IMG/VR virus record: IMGVR_UViG_3300010396_000003 | Span: 64,001-128,000 of that record | Direction: 5' to 3' (one strand) | Origin: a virus | Lineage: Duplodnaviria; Heunggongvirae; Uroviricota; Caudoviricetes | DNA length: 64,000 bases | In this document: positions 1 to 9,603 of the stretch, in pieces | Layout of the letters: every line of letters begins with the position of its first letter | How positions within the stretch are numbered: position 1 is the stretch's first letter | The notes under the pieces: generated by a model | The model's input: the letters and a program-made list of their open reading frames with translations, nothing else | Databases searched by the model: none | Told to the model about the DNA's origin: nothing | Position numbers and translations under genes: made by a program

Positions 1-529
1 GTGACGCCGAGGAACGCATTTGAAGGTTCATGCGAAGCGTATAAGGATCATTCGGATCACCGCCGCGCTTCGCCGCCATCTGCTTAGCCTGTTCAGCTTC
101 GCGCATCGACTCCATGCCCTCTTTGGCATTTTTATCGATCTGTCGTTCAAGAATACTAATTTGACCGCGCACATTGGAAATCTGTTGCTGAAAATCCTGA
201 TCCTTTTTCTTCATCTGGAGGATATGATCTTTGACGATATCTATAGGATAGCAATGGATAAAGATATTCGTCAGTGAACGGATCAAGGCGCGGAAAATAA
301 TACGAGGCTTCTTGCCAAATACAAGATAGCCAAGTCCGCACAGTTCACCAGCGAGAAGCGCGATGTGCAACATATCGGTGAGAAGGGAAATTATGTAGTT
401 AAAAATAACTAGCGCATTGACGCCGACGACAACAAGGATTGCTCCGATAACGATGAGCATTCCCCAGTTCTCCGGCTTGTCGAAAAATTTGCGTCCCGAC
501 AATTCCGGCATGGTTGGGCCTGAACTCAT
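1..529 (-). CDS. Membrane-anchored coiled-coil protein, runs off the left edge
   Basis: Hand translation from ATG 529 (ATGA overlap with the upstream stop): MSSGPTMPELSGRKFFDKPENWGMLIVIGAILVVVGVNALVIF..., two hydrophobic segments then a coiled coil (KKKDQDFQQQISNVRGQISILERQIDK); no stop before position 1. Confidence 0.75.
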   Translation of the reverse strand, partial: MSSGPTMPELSGRKFFDKPENWGMLIVIGAILVVVGVNALVIFNYIISLLTDMLHIALLAGELCGLGYLVFGKKPRIIFRALIRSLTNIFIHCYPIDIVKDHILQMKKKDQDFQQQISNVRGQISILERQIDKNAKEGMESMREAEQAKQMAAKRGGDPNDPYTLRMNLQMRSSAS

Positions 530-873
530 TTGCTTAATCCTCCTAATTGTTCGTTTATCTGTTCCGGCGTGCGCGGTTTTGGCTTATCACCGTGAATAAA
601 CTGAGCCTCGCACAAAATACACATCGGCTTACCGTCAAGCACGGTTATGCTTTCAATTTCGATTTTCCCGCATACTGGGCACGTACAATAACGCGTGTTG
701 CATGCTTTGACGTGATCTATCCACCACGTGCCGATCTTCGCTTTTTCGATAACTTCCCAATCATCGAGGATTTTTGATTTAGCAAGACCGAGATTCAAAT
801 GGCGGATGTCGATATCGTGTGGAATCGTCACTTCCATGACGATATAAAGGTGGACTGTTTTTTCGTCTTGCAT
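526..873 (-). CDS. Hypothetical protein with CxxC pairs
   Basis: ORF track; CPVC and CILC; coupled to both neighbours. Confidence 0.65.
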   Translation of the reverse strand: MQDEKTVHLYIVMEVTIPHDIDIRHLNLGLAKSKILDDWEVIEKAKIGTWWIDHVKACNTRYCTCPVCGKIEIESITVLDGKPMCILCEAQFIHGDKPKPRTPEQINEQLGGLSK

Positions 874-1511
874 TATTGCAATAACCCTGAATAATGCGCC
901 TTCTGCGCATCGAGCTCTGCGCCGCGCTTAGCAAGTGCCGCATTTAAATCGGCCTGCGCGTTGTTGATTTTTGTCTGTGCTTGCGCGAGATCAGTGGAAA
1001 GCTGAACGATTTGCTGTTGAAGTTCGGCGACCTGTTTTCCAAGAGCCTCAATCTTATCGTGACGGTCGCTAATTTCCAATTTCGTTTTGCCGTCAAGGAA
1101 AGAGTGAATCGCGCCTACCTTGTTTTGTAAATTTATTTTTAGAGTTTCGAAGGCATTGAGTACAGTTGCGGCCGTTAAACCGTCTTGCGCCTTCGCCGCC
1201 GCGAGAGCCGCTTGGAGTCTCGTGCGCTCATCAAGACCTGGCACATTCGCCAATGGATCTAGATGTTTTTTGAGAATTCGTCCGGCATCTGTTGTTTCAA
1301 AATCTGTCGCCTCGAACAGAATTCGATAGGTATTGCCATCTGTAGTAATCACCGTTGATTGCGACGGTGGTATTGGAGCCGATGTGTGCACATCCCATGA
1401 AATTGGATTTGTTGGTACGGGAGCTGGAGTAACTAGGTTAATGGGCGGCGGCGTTGCTTTTTGCGGTTCATCTTCATACACCATGTGATGCAACTTATTC
1501 TTTAAACTCAT
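873..1511 (-). CDS. Hypothetical protein, Pro-rich N-terminus and C-terminal coiled coil
   Basis: ORF track 212 aa; heptad-like LGKQVAELQQQIVQLSTDLAQAQ; downstream of a predicted promoter. Confidence 0.8.
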   Translation of the reverse strand: MSLKNKLHHMVYEDEPQKATPPPINLVTPAPVPTNPISWDVHTSAPIPPSQSTVITTDGNTYRILFEATDFETTDAGRILKKHLDPLANVPGLDERTRLQAALAAAKAQDGLTAATVLNAFETLKINLQNKVGAIHSFLDGKTKLEISDRHDKIEALGKQVAELQQQIVQLSTDLAQAQTKINNAQADLNAALAKRGAELDAQKAHYSGLLQ

Positions 1512-1533
1512 AAGTTCTCCCTTGTGGGCAGAG

Positions 1534-1563
1534 ATAGTAAACGTTTATGTCAGCGCTTGTCAA
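1534..1563 (-). promoter_or_regulatory. Sigma70-like promoter containing palindrome TAAACGTTTA
   Basis: TTGACA (1563-1558), 18 nt, TACTAT (1539-1534); palindrome at 1538-1547. Confidence 0.6.
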
Positions 1564-1792
1564 GTCCGATCCATTTATCAAATTTCCTGAAAGCAATAAT
1601 CATCCAGCAAACAGGACACCAGCGTCGAAATGATTCCGGCGGTTCATCGTCAAGGACATGTAAAAAATGCCAGCGAAAGAAATGAATAATAAATATAATT
1701 TGATACAACAACACCATCAATAGAACGAACCATACGGCGCTTTCAAGAAGTATTTTACTCGGTCCACTCACGATCATTGGCTGTTGGTCCAT
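1550..1792 (-). CDS. Small membrane protein
   Basis: ORF track; hydrophobic SAVWFVLLMVLLYQIIFIIHFF. Confidence 0.6.
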   Translation of the reverse strand: MDQQPMIVSGPSKILLESAVWFVLLMVLLYQIIFIIHFFRWHFLHVLDDEPPESFRRWCPVCWMIIAFRKFDKWIGLDKR

Positions 1793-2888
1793 ATCCGCGA
1801 ATGAAGGCTAGTTGTTCAATCTCACTATTCTCGCGCGTAAAGAAATTCTTATTCACATCAAGATGATTTAAGGCAACCCCATCGATGCCGCCAACAATGT
1901 CGATCGCGCGTTTAATTAGCGACAAATCAAAATGTCCGCGGCGAAACTTGCCCTGGCTTCCATCATCTTCATTGTGTGGTTCCGGATAAGTTAGTGTAGC
2001 ATCTTCGGTCTTAAAAGGACCATCGCCATGACGGGTCAAATAGGTTCGGGTAACTCCGATCTTTTTGATTGACCCCTGAAATCTAGATTCGTTCAGCAGA
2101 GTAAACGCGTTTTCAAAAGTTGTATTTGTCCACGTATTGAATTCCGGCTCTCCATGCTTTTCATCGAGCAAAACACCTTGTGCTCCCTCAAAAACAATGT
2201 CATCGCCATTTTTTGCACGCAGATCCATTCCCCGGACAAGCGTTACCTGCTGCTGCCATTGAATCAAATCAGCGAGATAGCGCCCAACCGCATCTGGATC
2301 GTAAAGATATTCGATGTACTCTTTGCAGGAATCCGAATAGTGTTTAAACTTCTCAACTGCTTTCTGAGAAATTTTCTGGATAAACCTAACCTTCCTATGG
2401 AGTTCCTTCGGATCCTCTTGTGTGTCGCGAGCAAATAGAACTTTATCGCCGTGAAAAATATGGTCGGCTCGCGCCTGTCCGACACCCATACCACAGCTAT
2501 TGTGTCCACCTTTAACCAAAAGCTGGATACGATTAACGGCTCGTTGGAAGGGTGTGATGATTACACAGCGTTCATCAACGCTTGTACGCTTAAATGCATC
2601 CGTAATGCCCAGGTCGCGCAGACATTGTTCTTCGCACATCATCGTCTGTGGATCCACAAGCATGAAACGGGAAAGATGCGTGCGAACGCTTGGTACGAAC
2701 ATTCCACTTCCGAATTGAGCAAATGTGTGAACCTTGCCGTCTGGACATACTACGGCGTGGGATGATTGTGAGCCGCCATTATAACGGACAACCAGAGCTA
2801 TCTGGCGGGTGCGACAGATAAAATCGACCGTCGCACCCTTTCCTTCATCGCCGTACCCGAGCCCGGCAATAAGATAGGCATTAGACAT
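1755..2888 (-). CDS. purA: Divergent adenylosuccinate synthetase (PurA family, not PurZ)
   Basis: GLGYGDEGKG P-loop, RYNGGSQSSH, FEGAQGVLLD, TRTYLTRHGDGPF, LNHLD; likely start MSNAYLIAG at 2888. Confidence 0.9.
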   Translation of the reverse strand: MSNAYLIAGLGYGDEGKGATVDFICRTRQIALVVRYNGGSQSSHAVVCPDGKVHTFAQFGSGMFVPSVRTHLSRFMLVDPQTMMCEEQCLRDLGITDAFKRTSVDERCVIITPFQRAVNRIQLLVKGGHNSCGMGVGQARADHIFHGDKVLFARDTQEDPKELHRKVRFIQKISQKAVEKFKHYSDSCKEYIEYLYDPDAVGRYLADLIQWQQQVTLVRGMDLRAKNGDDIVFEGAQGVLLDEKHGEPEFNTWTNTTFENAFTLLNESRFQGSIKKIGVTRTYLTRHGDGPFKTEDATLTYPEPHNEDDGSQGKFRRGHFDLSLIKRAIDIVGGIDGVALNHLDVNKNFFTRENSEIEQLAFIRGYGPTANDREWTE

Positions 2889-3759
2889 TGCATGCCGTCG
2901 CATGTTTCCAAAGTTCATCCCGCGGTACGAGCGCGTCAAGAATAGTGCCATGGCATGGAATGACAATTAGCTTTTCGTGTGGCTTGGGATTAAATGAATC
3001 GGTTGTGTAAACCTTCTCAAAATGAGAACTCAACCGATCCATAGCATGATTTGAGAATATGCCATGCGTTACATAGAGATAGAGCTTTTCGGTATAACCC
3101 TGCTTACGGAATTCCTCTGCAAGTCCGATGAACGTACCGCCGCCATCACAAATATCATCTACGAGCAAAAGCGAGTCGGCACCTTCAAAATGAAATTCCT
3201 CGCGTTTAGGAACAACAAACTCCAACAGTTTCCCCGTTTGTGGATCGCGTTTTTTATCGCATTGTAGATAGGCACCGCCAAAAGCGTAACGACTTGCGCC
3301 CTTGTCCGGCAGGACAACGACCGGCCTCCCTATATTTTCCTGGGCGACATTGATTATCGGCTTCGGAGAAATATTCTTAAGTTTGGTTGGCATAAAGCCG
3401 AATGCAACCTGCGAGTGGATATCCAATGTCACAATCTTTTTAAGTGGCAGCGCAAGAAGAAAATCACAGAATACTTCTAATCCAAAACAATCACCCGGAC
3501 GAAATGAGCGGTCAGCCCTGGCGTATGGGAAATAAGGAAGTACTAGCATCGGAAGTGTAATTTCAGAGATCGCATCAATTAGTTGGGCAACCGCCATTAT
3601 CTCGCCATCTTTAATCGTGGCGAATACTATCACGTTGCTCGCAGTTCCTATTAACTGGAGCTGTTCGGGAAACAAACGCACCTGAACTTCGCCGGCTGGA
3701 TAACGAAACATCTCAAACTTCGTTCCTGCGTCTTCCGGATATTTAATTGTGCAAATCAC
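2881..3759 (-). CDS. PRPP synthetase-like protein; probable ADPR-PP synthetase (Adps) of NARP1
   Basis: FRYPAGEVQV, LPYFPYARADR, LDIHS, VLPDKGA, LLLVDDICDGGGTF, LYVTHGIFS; directly coupled to a NAMPT homolog. Confidence 0.85.
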   Translation of the reverse strand: MICTIKYPEDAGTKFEMFRYPAGEVQVRLFPEQLQLIGTASNVIVFATIKDGEIMAVAQLIDAISEITLPMLVLPYFPYARADRSFRPGDCFGLEVFCDFLLALPLKKIVTLDIHSQVAFGFMPTKLKNISPKPIINVAQENIGRPVVVLPDKGASRYAFGGAYLQCDKKRDPQTGKLLEFVVPKREEFHFEGADSLLLVDDICDGGGTFIGLAEEFRKQGYTEKLYLYVTHGIFSNHAMDRLSSHFEKVYTTDSFNPKPHEKLIVIPCHGTILDALVPRDELWKHATACNV

Positions 3760-5282
3760 GCTCGCACCCTCTTTCTGATCTTTTCAAAATCCTCATCGAT
3801 CAACAGATTACTGTTCTCAAATACTTTACGAAAAGCACAGTCATCCAGATCATTGGGCGTTCCGCCGTCGGTGACTATAAAACTGCCATTAGATTCGTGC
3901 ACGATCGGAATACCGTTGAGAGAAGCTTTCTCTCCTGAATCCGTTACTGGTTTCTTGAAAATGTTGACGATTTTATCGCCTCGGCGCACGGCTGTTGCTT
4001 TCATGGCATGACCGAATGTATCGCGAGTCACAAATTCATAGGTGAACGATCCGATACCAAAGACCATATTGTAGGGAGATAGTTTTAGCTCGTGAACTGT
4101 CCTTTCGAGAATGGCGTCTGCGCGTTCGAGCGTAATACTGTCTCCATAGATCGCGCCAGCCATATTGATTAACGGCAGACCGTCTCTATTCGAGTCGACT
4201 CCCATTGCTTGGGCAAGTAGACGAAGCGTTCCCAACGCGGCCGGACTGCCGGCGCCTTTATCGGGATCCCCACAGATGATCAACACGGGATCACCGCTAT
4301 CGGGACGAATAACAACTTTCGGCGGGACGCCAAACACACTTGGCGTCCTAGCACAAATATCATCACGAAGACACGGAACATATTCGGTTAACACACGCCA
4401 AAGGTCCCATGTATCAGAAACAATCGACACTACGCCGGATGGATAAATGTCTTGAATGATACGTCGGAATGTTTCAAGTTCGTCTTCTTTCCCGCCAGCA
4501 CACATCACGGAATGCTCTGTTGCTGGAACGGATCCGCCGCACGTTAATTGAGCGTAGTAATATTTACTCGCAGCAATAATAGCCGGGATCGTGTCGGTAC
4601 CTGAAAAGCTAAGGAGGTGACCCATACCCGACAATACTGCGTCTTCAATTCCCGACATCCCACGAAAAGAAAAATCATGTCCCATCCAATCAATAAAGCT
4701 TAAATCTCGCTCACCGGCTTCTTGGGCATATTTGATGAACAACTTACGATAGCTTTGTGCTGTTGTGGCAGATGTGCATGGCTTCCATAGAATACAAGAC
4801 AGGATTGTTTCGAGATAGTTTGGTAGCCAAAACCCGCAAGGATGTGTATTGGTAATGACAAGCGATGGAACGCGCAGCGGAACAGAACTTCCTTCCGGCA
4901 GAGCCCATATCGCTATAGGCAAATAGCCAAGCTTGTGCAGCGCTTCGATATGATCTGTCCGCGGGTTTTCAACTCCCAGTGTTGCCTGAATAAGCGCGCG
5001 ATATTCATCTAGTATTTGATCGAGCGGTCGCGAGAAAAAATGGCTATTCCACTGGTTGATCAGGATTTCCTTAATGAAATACTGTAATCCAAAAAATACA
5101 ACGCTTTTACGGCTCGCGATACGTGTTGAGCGTGCCGTCCAATTCGACCACACTTGCGTCGTGTCATTTGGATACTGAGAGACGTGACCGACTTTATAGA
5201 AGTCGATCAGGAATATCGGATTAATGTCTGTCAGGCTTGGATACGAGAATTGAATCGAGCTCCGTATTTGCTGTTGCTCCAT
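3756..5282 (-). CDS. NAMPT-like protein; probable Namat of NARP1
   Basis: DFYKVGHVSQYP, HDFSFRG, VPATEHSVM, SIVSDTWD, VIRPDSGDP, IYGDSIT, FGIGSFTY, TRDT..AMKAT, KKPVTDSGEKAS. Confidence 0.9.
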   Translation of the reverse strand: MEQQQIRSSIQFSYPSLTDINPIFLIDFYKVGHVSQYPNDTTQVWSNWTARSTRIASRKSVVFFGLQYFIKEILINQWNSHFFSRPLDQILDEYRALIQATLGVENPRTDHIEALHKLGYLPIAIWALPEGSSVPLRVPSLVITNTHPCGFWLPNYLETILSCILWKPCTSATTAQSYRKLFIKYAQEAGERDLSFIDWMGHDFSFRGMSGIEDAVLSGMGHLLSFSGTDTIPAIIAASKYYYAQLTCGGSVPATEHSVMCAGGKEDELETFRRIIQDIYPSGVVSIVSDTWDLWRVLTEYVPCLRDDICARTPSVFGVPPKVVIRPDSGDPVLIICGDPDKGAGSPAALGTLRLLAQAMGVDSNRDGLPLINMAGAIYGDSITLERADAILERTVHELKLSPYNMVFGIGSFTYEFVTRDTFGHAMKATAVRRGDKIVNIFKKPVTDSGEKASLNGIPIVHESNGSFIVTDGGTPNDLDDCAFRKVFENSNLLIDEDFEKIRKRVRA

Positions 5283-5413
5283 GTGTCGGCTCCTGTAGCG
5301 ATATCATTTTCTTGATTTTTCCGTTTTGAATAACGATGGCAATACGCCCGTACCAACCCGGCTTGATTAACTTTTCGAGCGTTGCAAAGACTTCCTCTGT
5401 CTTTTCCGTTCTC

Positions 5414-5680
5414 TCAACGACGGACATCGGGACGGTTCGGAGGTGCGTTACGGTCGCCACCTGTAGGCGGTTTGTCGATATTCAAAGCATCAGCAGTTAT
5501 AACTTCGATCTGTTCAATGTCAAAATGCTGCATATCGATTGGCTTACCTTCGTGTAACTCGCGTGGCTGGAGACCAACACGGACACATTTATTAAGCCAT
5601 TCTGTTTTGGTAACGATTATCCCCTTAAAACCAGTAATGGTGTCTTTTGCAAGATCTCCCAACTGTGGCTGCTTTGACAT
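5414..5680 (-). CDS. Hypothetical phage protein
   Basis: ORF track; AGGAG RBS overlaps the upstream TAG. Confidence 0.75.
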   Translation of the reverse strand: MSKQPQLGDLAKDTITGFKGIIVTKTEWLNKCVRVGLQPRELHEGKPIDMQHFDIEQIEVITADALNIDKPPTGGDRNAPPNRPDVRR

Positions 5681-5688
5681 TTTTTCTC

Positions 5689-6279
5689 CTAGAGATTGAG
5701 TAGTTTAAGAATCTGATGAGCCCTTGGTGTTTCCACGAAATTATTCATTTCCTCAATAAACCATCGAGGTGAACGGTCCATCAACTTACTTGGGGTGTAG
5801 CCATCAATGATGGTGAAGATGGCATATAGATCGTGATTCGTGATTTGAGAAAGGGCATCGCGCAACCGGTCGCGGCTATAGCTTCCACGCTTTTGCCACT
5901 TCTGCCAAAGCGAGTGCCCTTCATCATGGAATTGCGTTATAGAAAGAATGTCTTTGTCGTCGGTAAATTCTTCCAGAAACTTCCTGGCAAGGGAGGCGTG
6001 GCTGTTTGGATCTCGGATTGATACTTGGTGTCCGGTACGGCGCTTACCTTCGAGCTTGAATGTGTCGTGAGCATGGATGATGATTTTTAACTTTTCATAC
6101 TCATCCGGCATCAACATGTGATCAGCCCGATAAATCAATTCCAATGTTTGATCGAGCTCGGCGATGTGTTTGTCTACAGTTCCCTCAGCATGTCCCTTCC
6201 TGGGTTTGCCGTAGGTTAAACCTTCAACATAGCGAGGATCGCTTTGGATTGTTTCTAGTATTCCGCTCCACTTGCTCAT
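5689..6279 (-). CDS. HD-domain phosphohydrolase-like protein
   Basis: H (DKHI), HAHD, further H residues (PNSHA, FHDEG) and D (IIDG) in HD-superfamily order. Confidence 0.65.
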   Translation of the reverse strand: MSKWSGILETIQSDPRYVEGLTYGKPRKGHAEGTVDKHIAELDQTLELIYRADHMLMPDEYEKLKIIIHAHDTFKLEGKRRTGHQVSIRDPNSHASLARKFLEEFTDDKDILSITQFHDEGHSLWQKWQKRGSYSRDRLRDALSQITNHDLYAIFTIIDGYTPSKLMDRSPRWFIEEMNNFVETPRAHQILKLLNL

Positions 6280-7199
6280 ACGGACATTTTTCTTCTGACA
6301 TGTGCGATAGAAGCGAGAATTTCCTGGGTCTCATTTGATGACGCACCGACCGCCGCGAGATCGCCGGCCAGGATTTCATCGGTAATTTCTTTCTCGGTCT
6401 TTTGAACAATGGCTCCGATCGTGTTGCAAATTAATTTCGGTTTCGCCAGATCGATAACGCAATCCTCGCCAAACAACTCAACGTACTGTTCTCGCGCGTG
6501 CGGATATACGTTCTTTGGGCAAATTACAAATGTGTGATATTTCTGTTTTAATTCCTGGATGATTTGCTCGATGGGGATATCCGCCTGCAGGTGGTCATCA
6601 AAAATCAATTCGACTTCTTTTGCTCGAACCTGCCCAAAAATGGACTCGTCGGCATACATAAAAAAGTATCCCTTACGGTCACGCTTCTGCAAACAATCAA
6701 GAATCGTCTTGCGCGCCGCCGCGTAGATCGCAAGATCATACGATTCCCCATCGTTTCCCCCACCGCAAGCAACCAGCCAAACATTCCGTATATGGTCGTC
6801 AATGCGGTTGTCTGATTCAAAATCGGAAATCTGCAATGCGTTCTTTCCGACAGAATTAATATCGTCGTTGGCGGCAATGGCAACCTGGGGATCTTCGATG
6901 CACTTACTGAGAAGGTCCATCAATTCTGGAAGTTTCTTTTGTGCCTCAACGGCATTGGCGTAGTTTGAACCGGTGACATCAAATACGATCATGATCGCGT
7001 TTGAGTTTGGATGTTCATCGCTATCCCGGCTCTCAAGGGAGCCGAATGGTTTTTTGTTAATCCGGCGAGGATCCAAGGCTTGATGTAATTGCTTTGTTCT
7101 TTCTGCTTGTTCTGAATAGGCAAAGTCTTTCACGCCGCTAAGTGCGCGAGTATGACTTGACCTTAAATAATCATCTCTACTAAATTTCCCTGAGCCCAT
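6276..7199 (-). CDS. vWA-domain protein (MIDAS-like)
   Basis: IVFDVTGSN MIDAS motif, GGGNDGESY, YFFMYADE. Confidence 0.8.
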   Translation of the reverse strand: MGSGKFSRDDYLRSSHTRALSGVKDFAYSEQAERTKQLHQALDPRRINKKPFGSLESRDSDEHPNSNAIMIVFDVTGSNYANAVEAQKKLPELMDLLSKCIEDPQVAIAANDDINSVGKNALQISDFESDNRIDDHIRNVWLVACGGGNDGESYDLAIYAAARKTILDCLQKRDRKGYFFMYADESIFGQVRAKEVELIFDDHLQADIPIEQIIQELKQKYHTFVICPKNVYPHAREQYVELFGEDCVIDLAKPKLICNTIGAIVQKTEKEITDEILAGDLAAVGASSNETQEILASIAHVRRKMSV

Positions 7200-7670
7200 T
7201 TATTTCCTCCATTTTCCGAGTTGGATTTTTAACTTCGCGTTTTCGGCGCGAAGTTCAATCAGCATATCGAGAGTACTGTCGTGATTTGCCCAATTACAAA
7301 TGAATTGATTTTCGAGATGTTTAATCCATGCATCTTTCGATTGTTGCTTATTTATATTCCGAAGACGTTTCATTTCCGCAAGGACTTCTTCTGCATGACG
7401 GAAGGTCATATCAAAGTATTGCGTCACAGATTTGTACCTTGGCAGGACGGTATAACAGACACCCTGAGCCGCTGGCTTCTTGTAAAATTTACATTTCGGT
7501 TCAAGGCAAAATGATTCGAGAATCGGTTTCTGGATCGTTCGACACTCCAGCTTGTGTGGATTCTCCTTCGACCGCCCGTAATACTTCGTCTTCGTAGTAG
7601 TTATCTTCATGGTCACCTTCACAGCATTCTTCGCAGCGTCCGCAGGCAATGCAGATTTCGTCTTCATCAA
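7200..7670 (-). CDS. Hypothetical protein
   Basis: ORF track 156 aa, coupled to the vWA gene. Confidence 0.6.
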   Translation of the reverse strand: MMKTKSALPADAAKNAVKVTMKITTTKTKYYGRSKENPHKLECRTIQKPILESFCLEPKCKFYKKPAAQGVCYTVLPRYKSVTQYFDMTFRHAEEVLAEMKRLRNINKQQSKDAWIKHLENQFICNWANHDSTLDMLIELRAENAKLKIQLGKWRK

Positions 7671-7719
7671 TTCCGATGGTTAGACACTGGGGGCAACGCA
7701 TTGCTATCCTTTAACAGTA

Positions 7720-7775
7720 CTGCCGGATGCTCATTAGGAATATAAACGTTTACTCGCATCCGGCAGCATTGTCAA
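7720..7775. promoter_or_regulatory. 11-bp inverted repeat around palindrome TAAACGTTTA, with a minus-strand TTGACA
   Basis: CTGCCGGATGC 7720-7730 / GCATCCGGCAG 7756-7766; palindrome 7743-7752; TTGACA 7775-7770. Confidence 0.55.
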
Positions 7776-7778
7776 GGG

Positions 7779-8645
7779 TTAAAGAACGGTGAGAGCAGTC
7801 CCGCAGGTCGCGCAATAAGAATTCGTTGCTTTGTTTACGCGCCCGCAGGTTTGACATTTTGGCTTATGATCGACGGTGACAGCATGTTGCACGCGCTGTC
7901 CACCAACGCATCCACGTAATTTTAGGACGACAACATCCGCGATGGCTTGCGTCAGAAAATCTGAGGTCCATTCGAAATGTTGATTGCTTACGCTTCCCGG
8001 AACGGTTATACCAACGTCATTTAGAACCGAATCGGTTGCATCTATCTTGCATTCGTTGGCAGAAAGCGTTGCTCCCATAAAGTTGCAGGTGTGAACAGTC
8101 GAATTTAAGCCGGATGTGGAAGACGAAAACGAAGTTACGCTACGCATAACGTCATCCGGTCCCATATCGCTAGAGCGACGGCCGTATTTGGGAAACGGGG
8201 AAGGAACCCTTGGACGCCGGCGATCATAAGGTGGATACCAAGGACGTGGACACGGCACATCATAATAGTTGAATCGTGGCACATCGATCGGTTTTTGTTC
8301 GGTCTTGTATTCAATGCGGATCAGTCCATCCTCGAGACCTACGCCGCGGTGATTTTCGATTTCAGTAGTACGTTCAATAAACTTGAAACGATTACCGCTA
8401 TCGAAATTGCCGTTCTTAATAAAACGTTCTAGCTCCAGGTTGCTGTTCGGATGAACAACGAGCCAGGTCCCTTCGGTTGCATCCTGTCCGTCAACAGATA
8501 CCTTAAGTTTGATACGGAGAGAATTGAGGTTTTTCATGAGGATCGAATATTCAGATCCAAAGGGAATTGTGACAGTGTCTCCATGCTCACGCAGAATTCT
8601 TCCGCGAGATTTGATACACACTGTGAATTTATTATGGTAAACCAT
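7779..8645 (-). CDS. Hypothetical protein with C-terminal zinc ribbon
   Basis: ORF track 288 aa; CQTCG...YCATCG at the C-terminus. Confidence 0.8.
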   Translation of the reverse strand: MVYHNKFTVCIKSRGRILREHGDTVTIPFGSEYSILMKNLNSLRIKLKVSVDGQDATEGTWLVVHPNSNLELERFIKNGNFDSGNRFKFIERTTEIENHRGVGLEDGLIRIEYKTEQKPIDVPRFNYYDVPCPRPWYPPYDRRRPRVPSPFPKYGRRSSDMGPDDVMRSVTSFSSSTSGLNSTVHTCNFMGATLSANECKIDATDSVLNDVGITVPGSVSNQHFEWTSDFLTQAIADVVVLKLRGCVGGQRVQHAVTVDHKPKCQTCGRVNKATNSYCATCGTALTVL

Positions 8646-8724
8646 CTGGATTGTCTCCTTGTAACGGCTCGCAGAAAGCCCGTACCGCTTTACCGACTGC
8701 TGGATTTACTGCTGGTCGAAGATA

Positions 8725-9603
8725 TTAATCCGAAACATCCTCTACTGTCAAGGCACACCGGCAATTGGGATGCTCGGTGGGCATAATCGCACCACTTGGA
8801 AATGGCTTGCCAAGTTCAACAACCGCATCGCTATTTTGTTCGCATTCTGGACAGGTTCTTTCGTCTTCCGCTGTCAACCAACGAACGGTTTTAACGATCC
8901 CCGACTTCTTCCACATATCAAAATTGCCGTGCGTTTGTGCGTTAATTACCTCGGTTCGCGCAATCATTTCAGCGCGCGCCTCACTAAAGATACCCTGCTT
9001 CGTTTGATCATGAAGTGCTTTCTGAATATGAGCCTTAATCTCTTCCATCCTAAGTTCTTTTTGGAATGACTCCGCTACAATGTCGTGGATTTTTTCTCTG
9101 GTTGTATCGCTAATTGCCCATCGCGCATCTGGATTCTTCACAAGATCGCCGCTCTTGTTGTATTTCATTCCGACCATTTCGGCGGCACGCTTCACAGCAT
9201 AGTCGTGTGCAATCTCATTTGCGGCGGCAATAATTCCGCTGGGCGCGTATTCGATCTGCAACATGCCTTGACCAACACCAGAAAGAGAGGCATTAACAAG
9301 TTGCTCTTGTACTTCCGACGGGAGAGAGTTCCATTCCTGTTCCATCGCTTTGAGAATTTTATCGGCGATCTCCGTGGCTTCTGCATCGGAAATACGCTTC
9401 GTTAAAACGTCATATGAGGTTTTATTGGGTCCGGCTACTCCATTGGCTTCGCGAAATGCGAATTCTTCTGCTTCCTTGTCGGATTTTCCCTGCTTTTTTG
9501 CGCGGTGATACGCGCTGTTCCATACGTGACTCCACTGACGCCGGCGCTTGGCGCCGCCCGTAACATACTTCGGTACATCGTGTCCGTCGTCCGCGTAAGG
9601 CAT
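8725..9603 (-). CDS. Phage head morphogenesis protein (MuF/SPP1 gp7-like) with ChaB-like N-terminus
   Basis: RAEMIARTEVINA, WLTAEDERTCPEC, HPNCRC; start MPYADD at 9603 (TAATG overlap). Confidence 0.9.
   Translation of the reverse strand: MPYADDGHDVPKYVTGGAKRRRQWSHVWNSAYHRAKKQGKSDKEAEEFAFREANGVAGPNKTSYDVLTKRISDAEATEIADKILKAMEQEWNSLPSEVQEQLVNASLSGVGQGMLQIEYAPSGIIAAANEIAHDYAVKRAAEMVGMKYNKSGDLVKNPDARWAISDTTREKIHDIVAESFQKELRMEEIKAHIQKALHDQTKQGIFSEARAEMIARTEVINAQTHGNFDMWKKSGIVKTVRWLTAEDERTCPECEQNSDAVVELGKPFPSGAIMPTEHPNCRCALTVEDVSD

Noticed and set aside
1755-2888. PurZ / 2-aminoadenine (Z) genome, suggested by PurA-like, HD and DUF5664 genes in the same window
   Set aside because: The motif is GDEGKG with the PurA Asp; PurZ has Ser (GSTGKG-type). 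The three genes are also not clustered.
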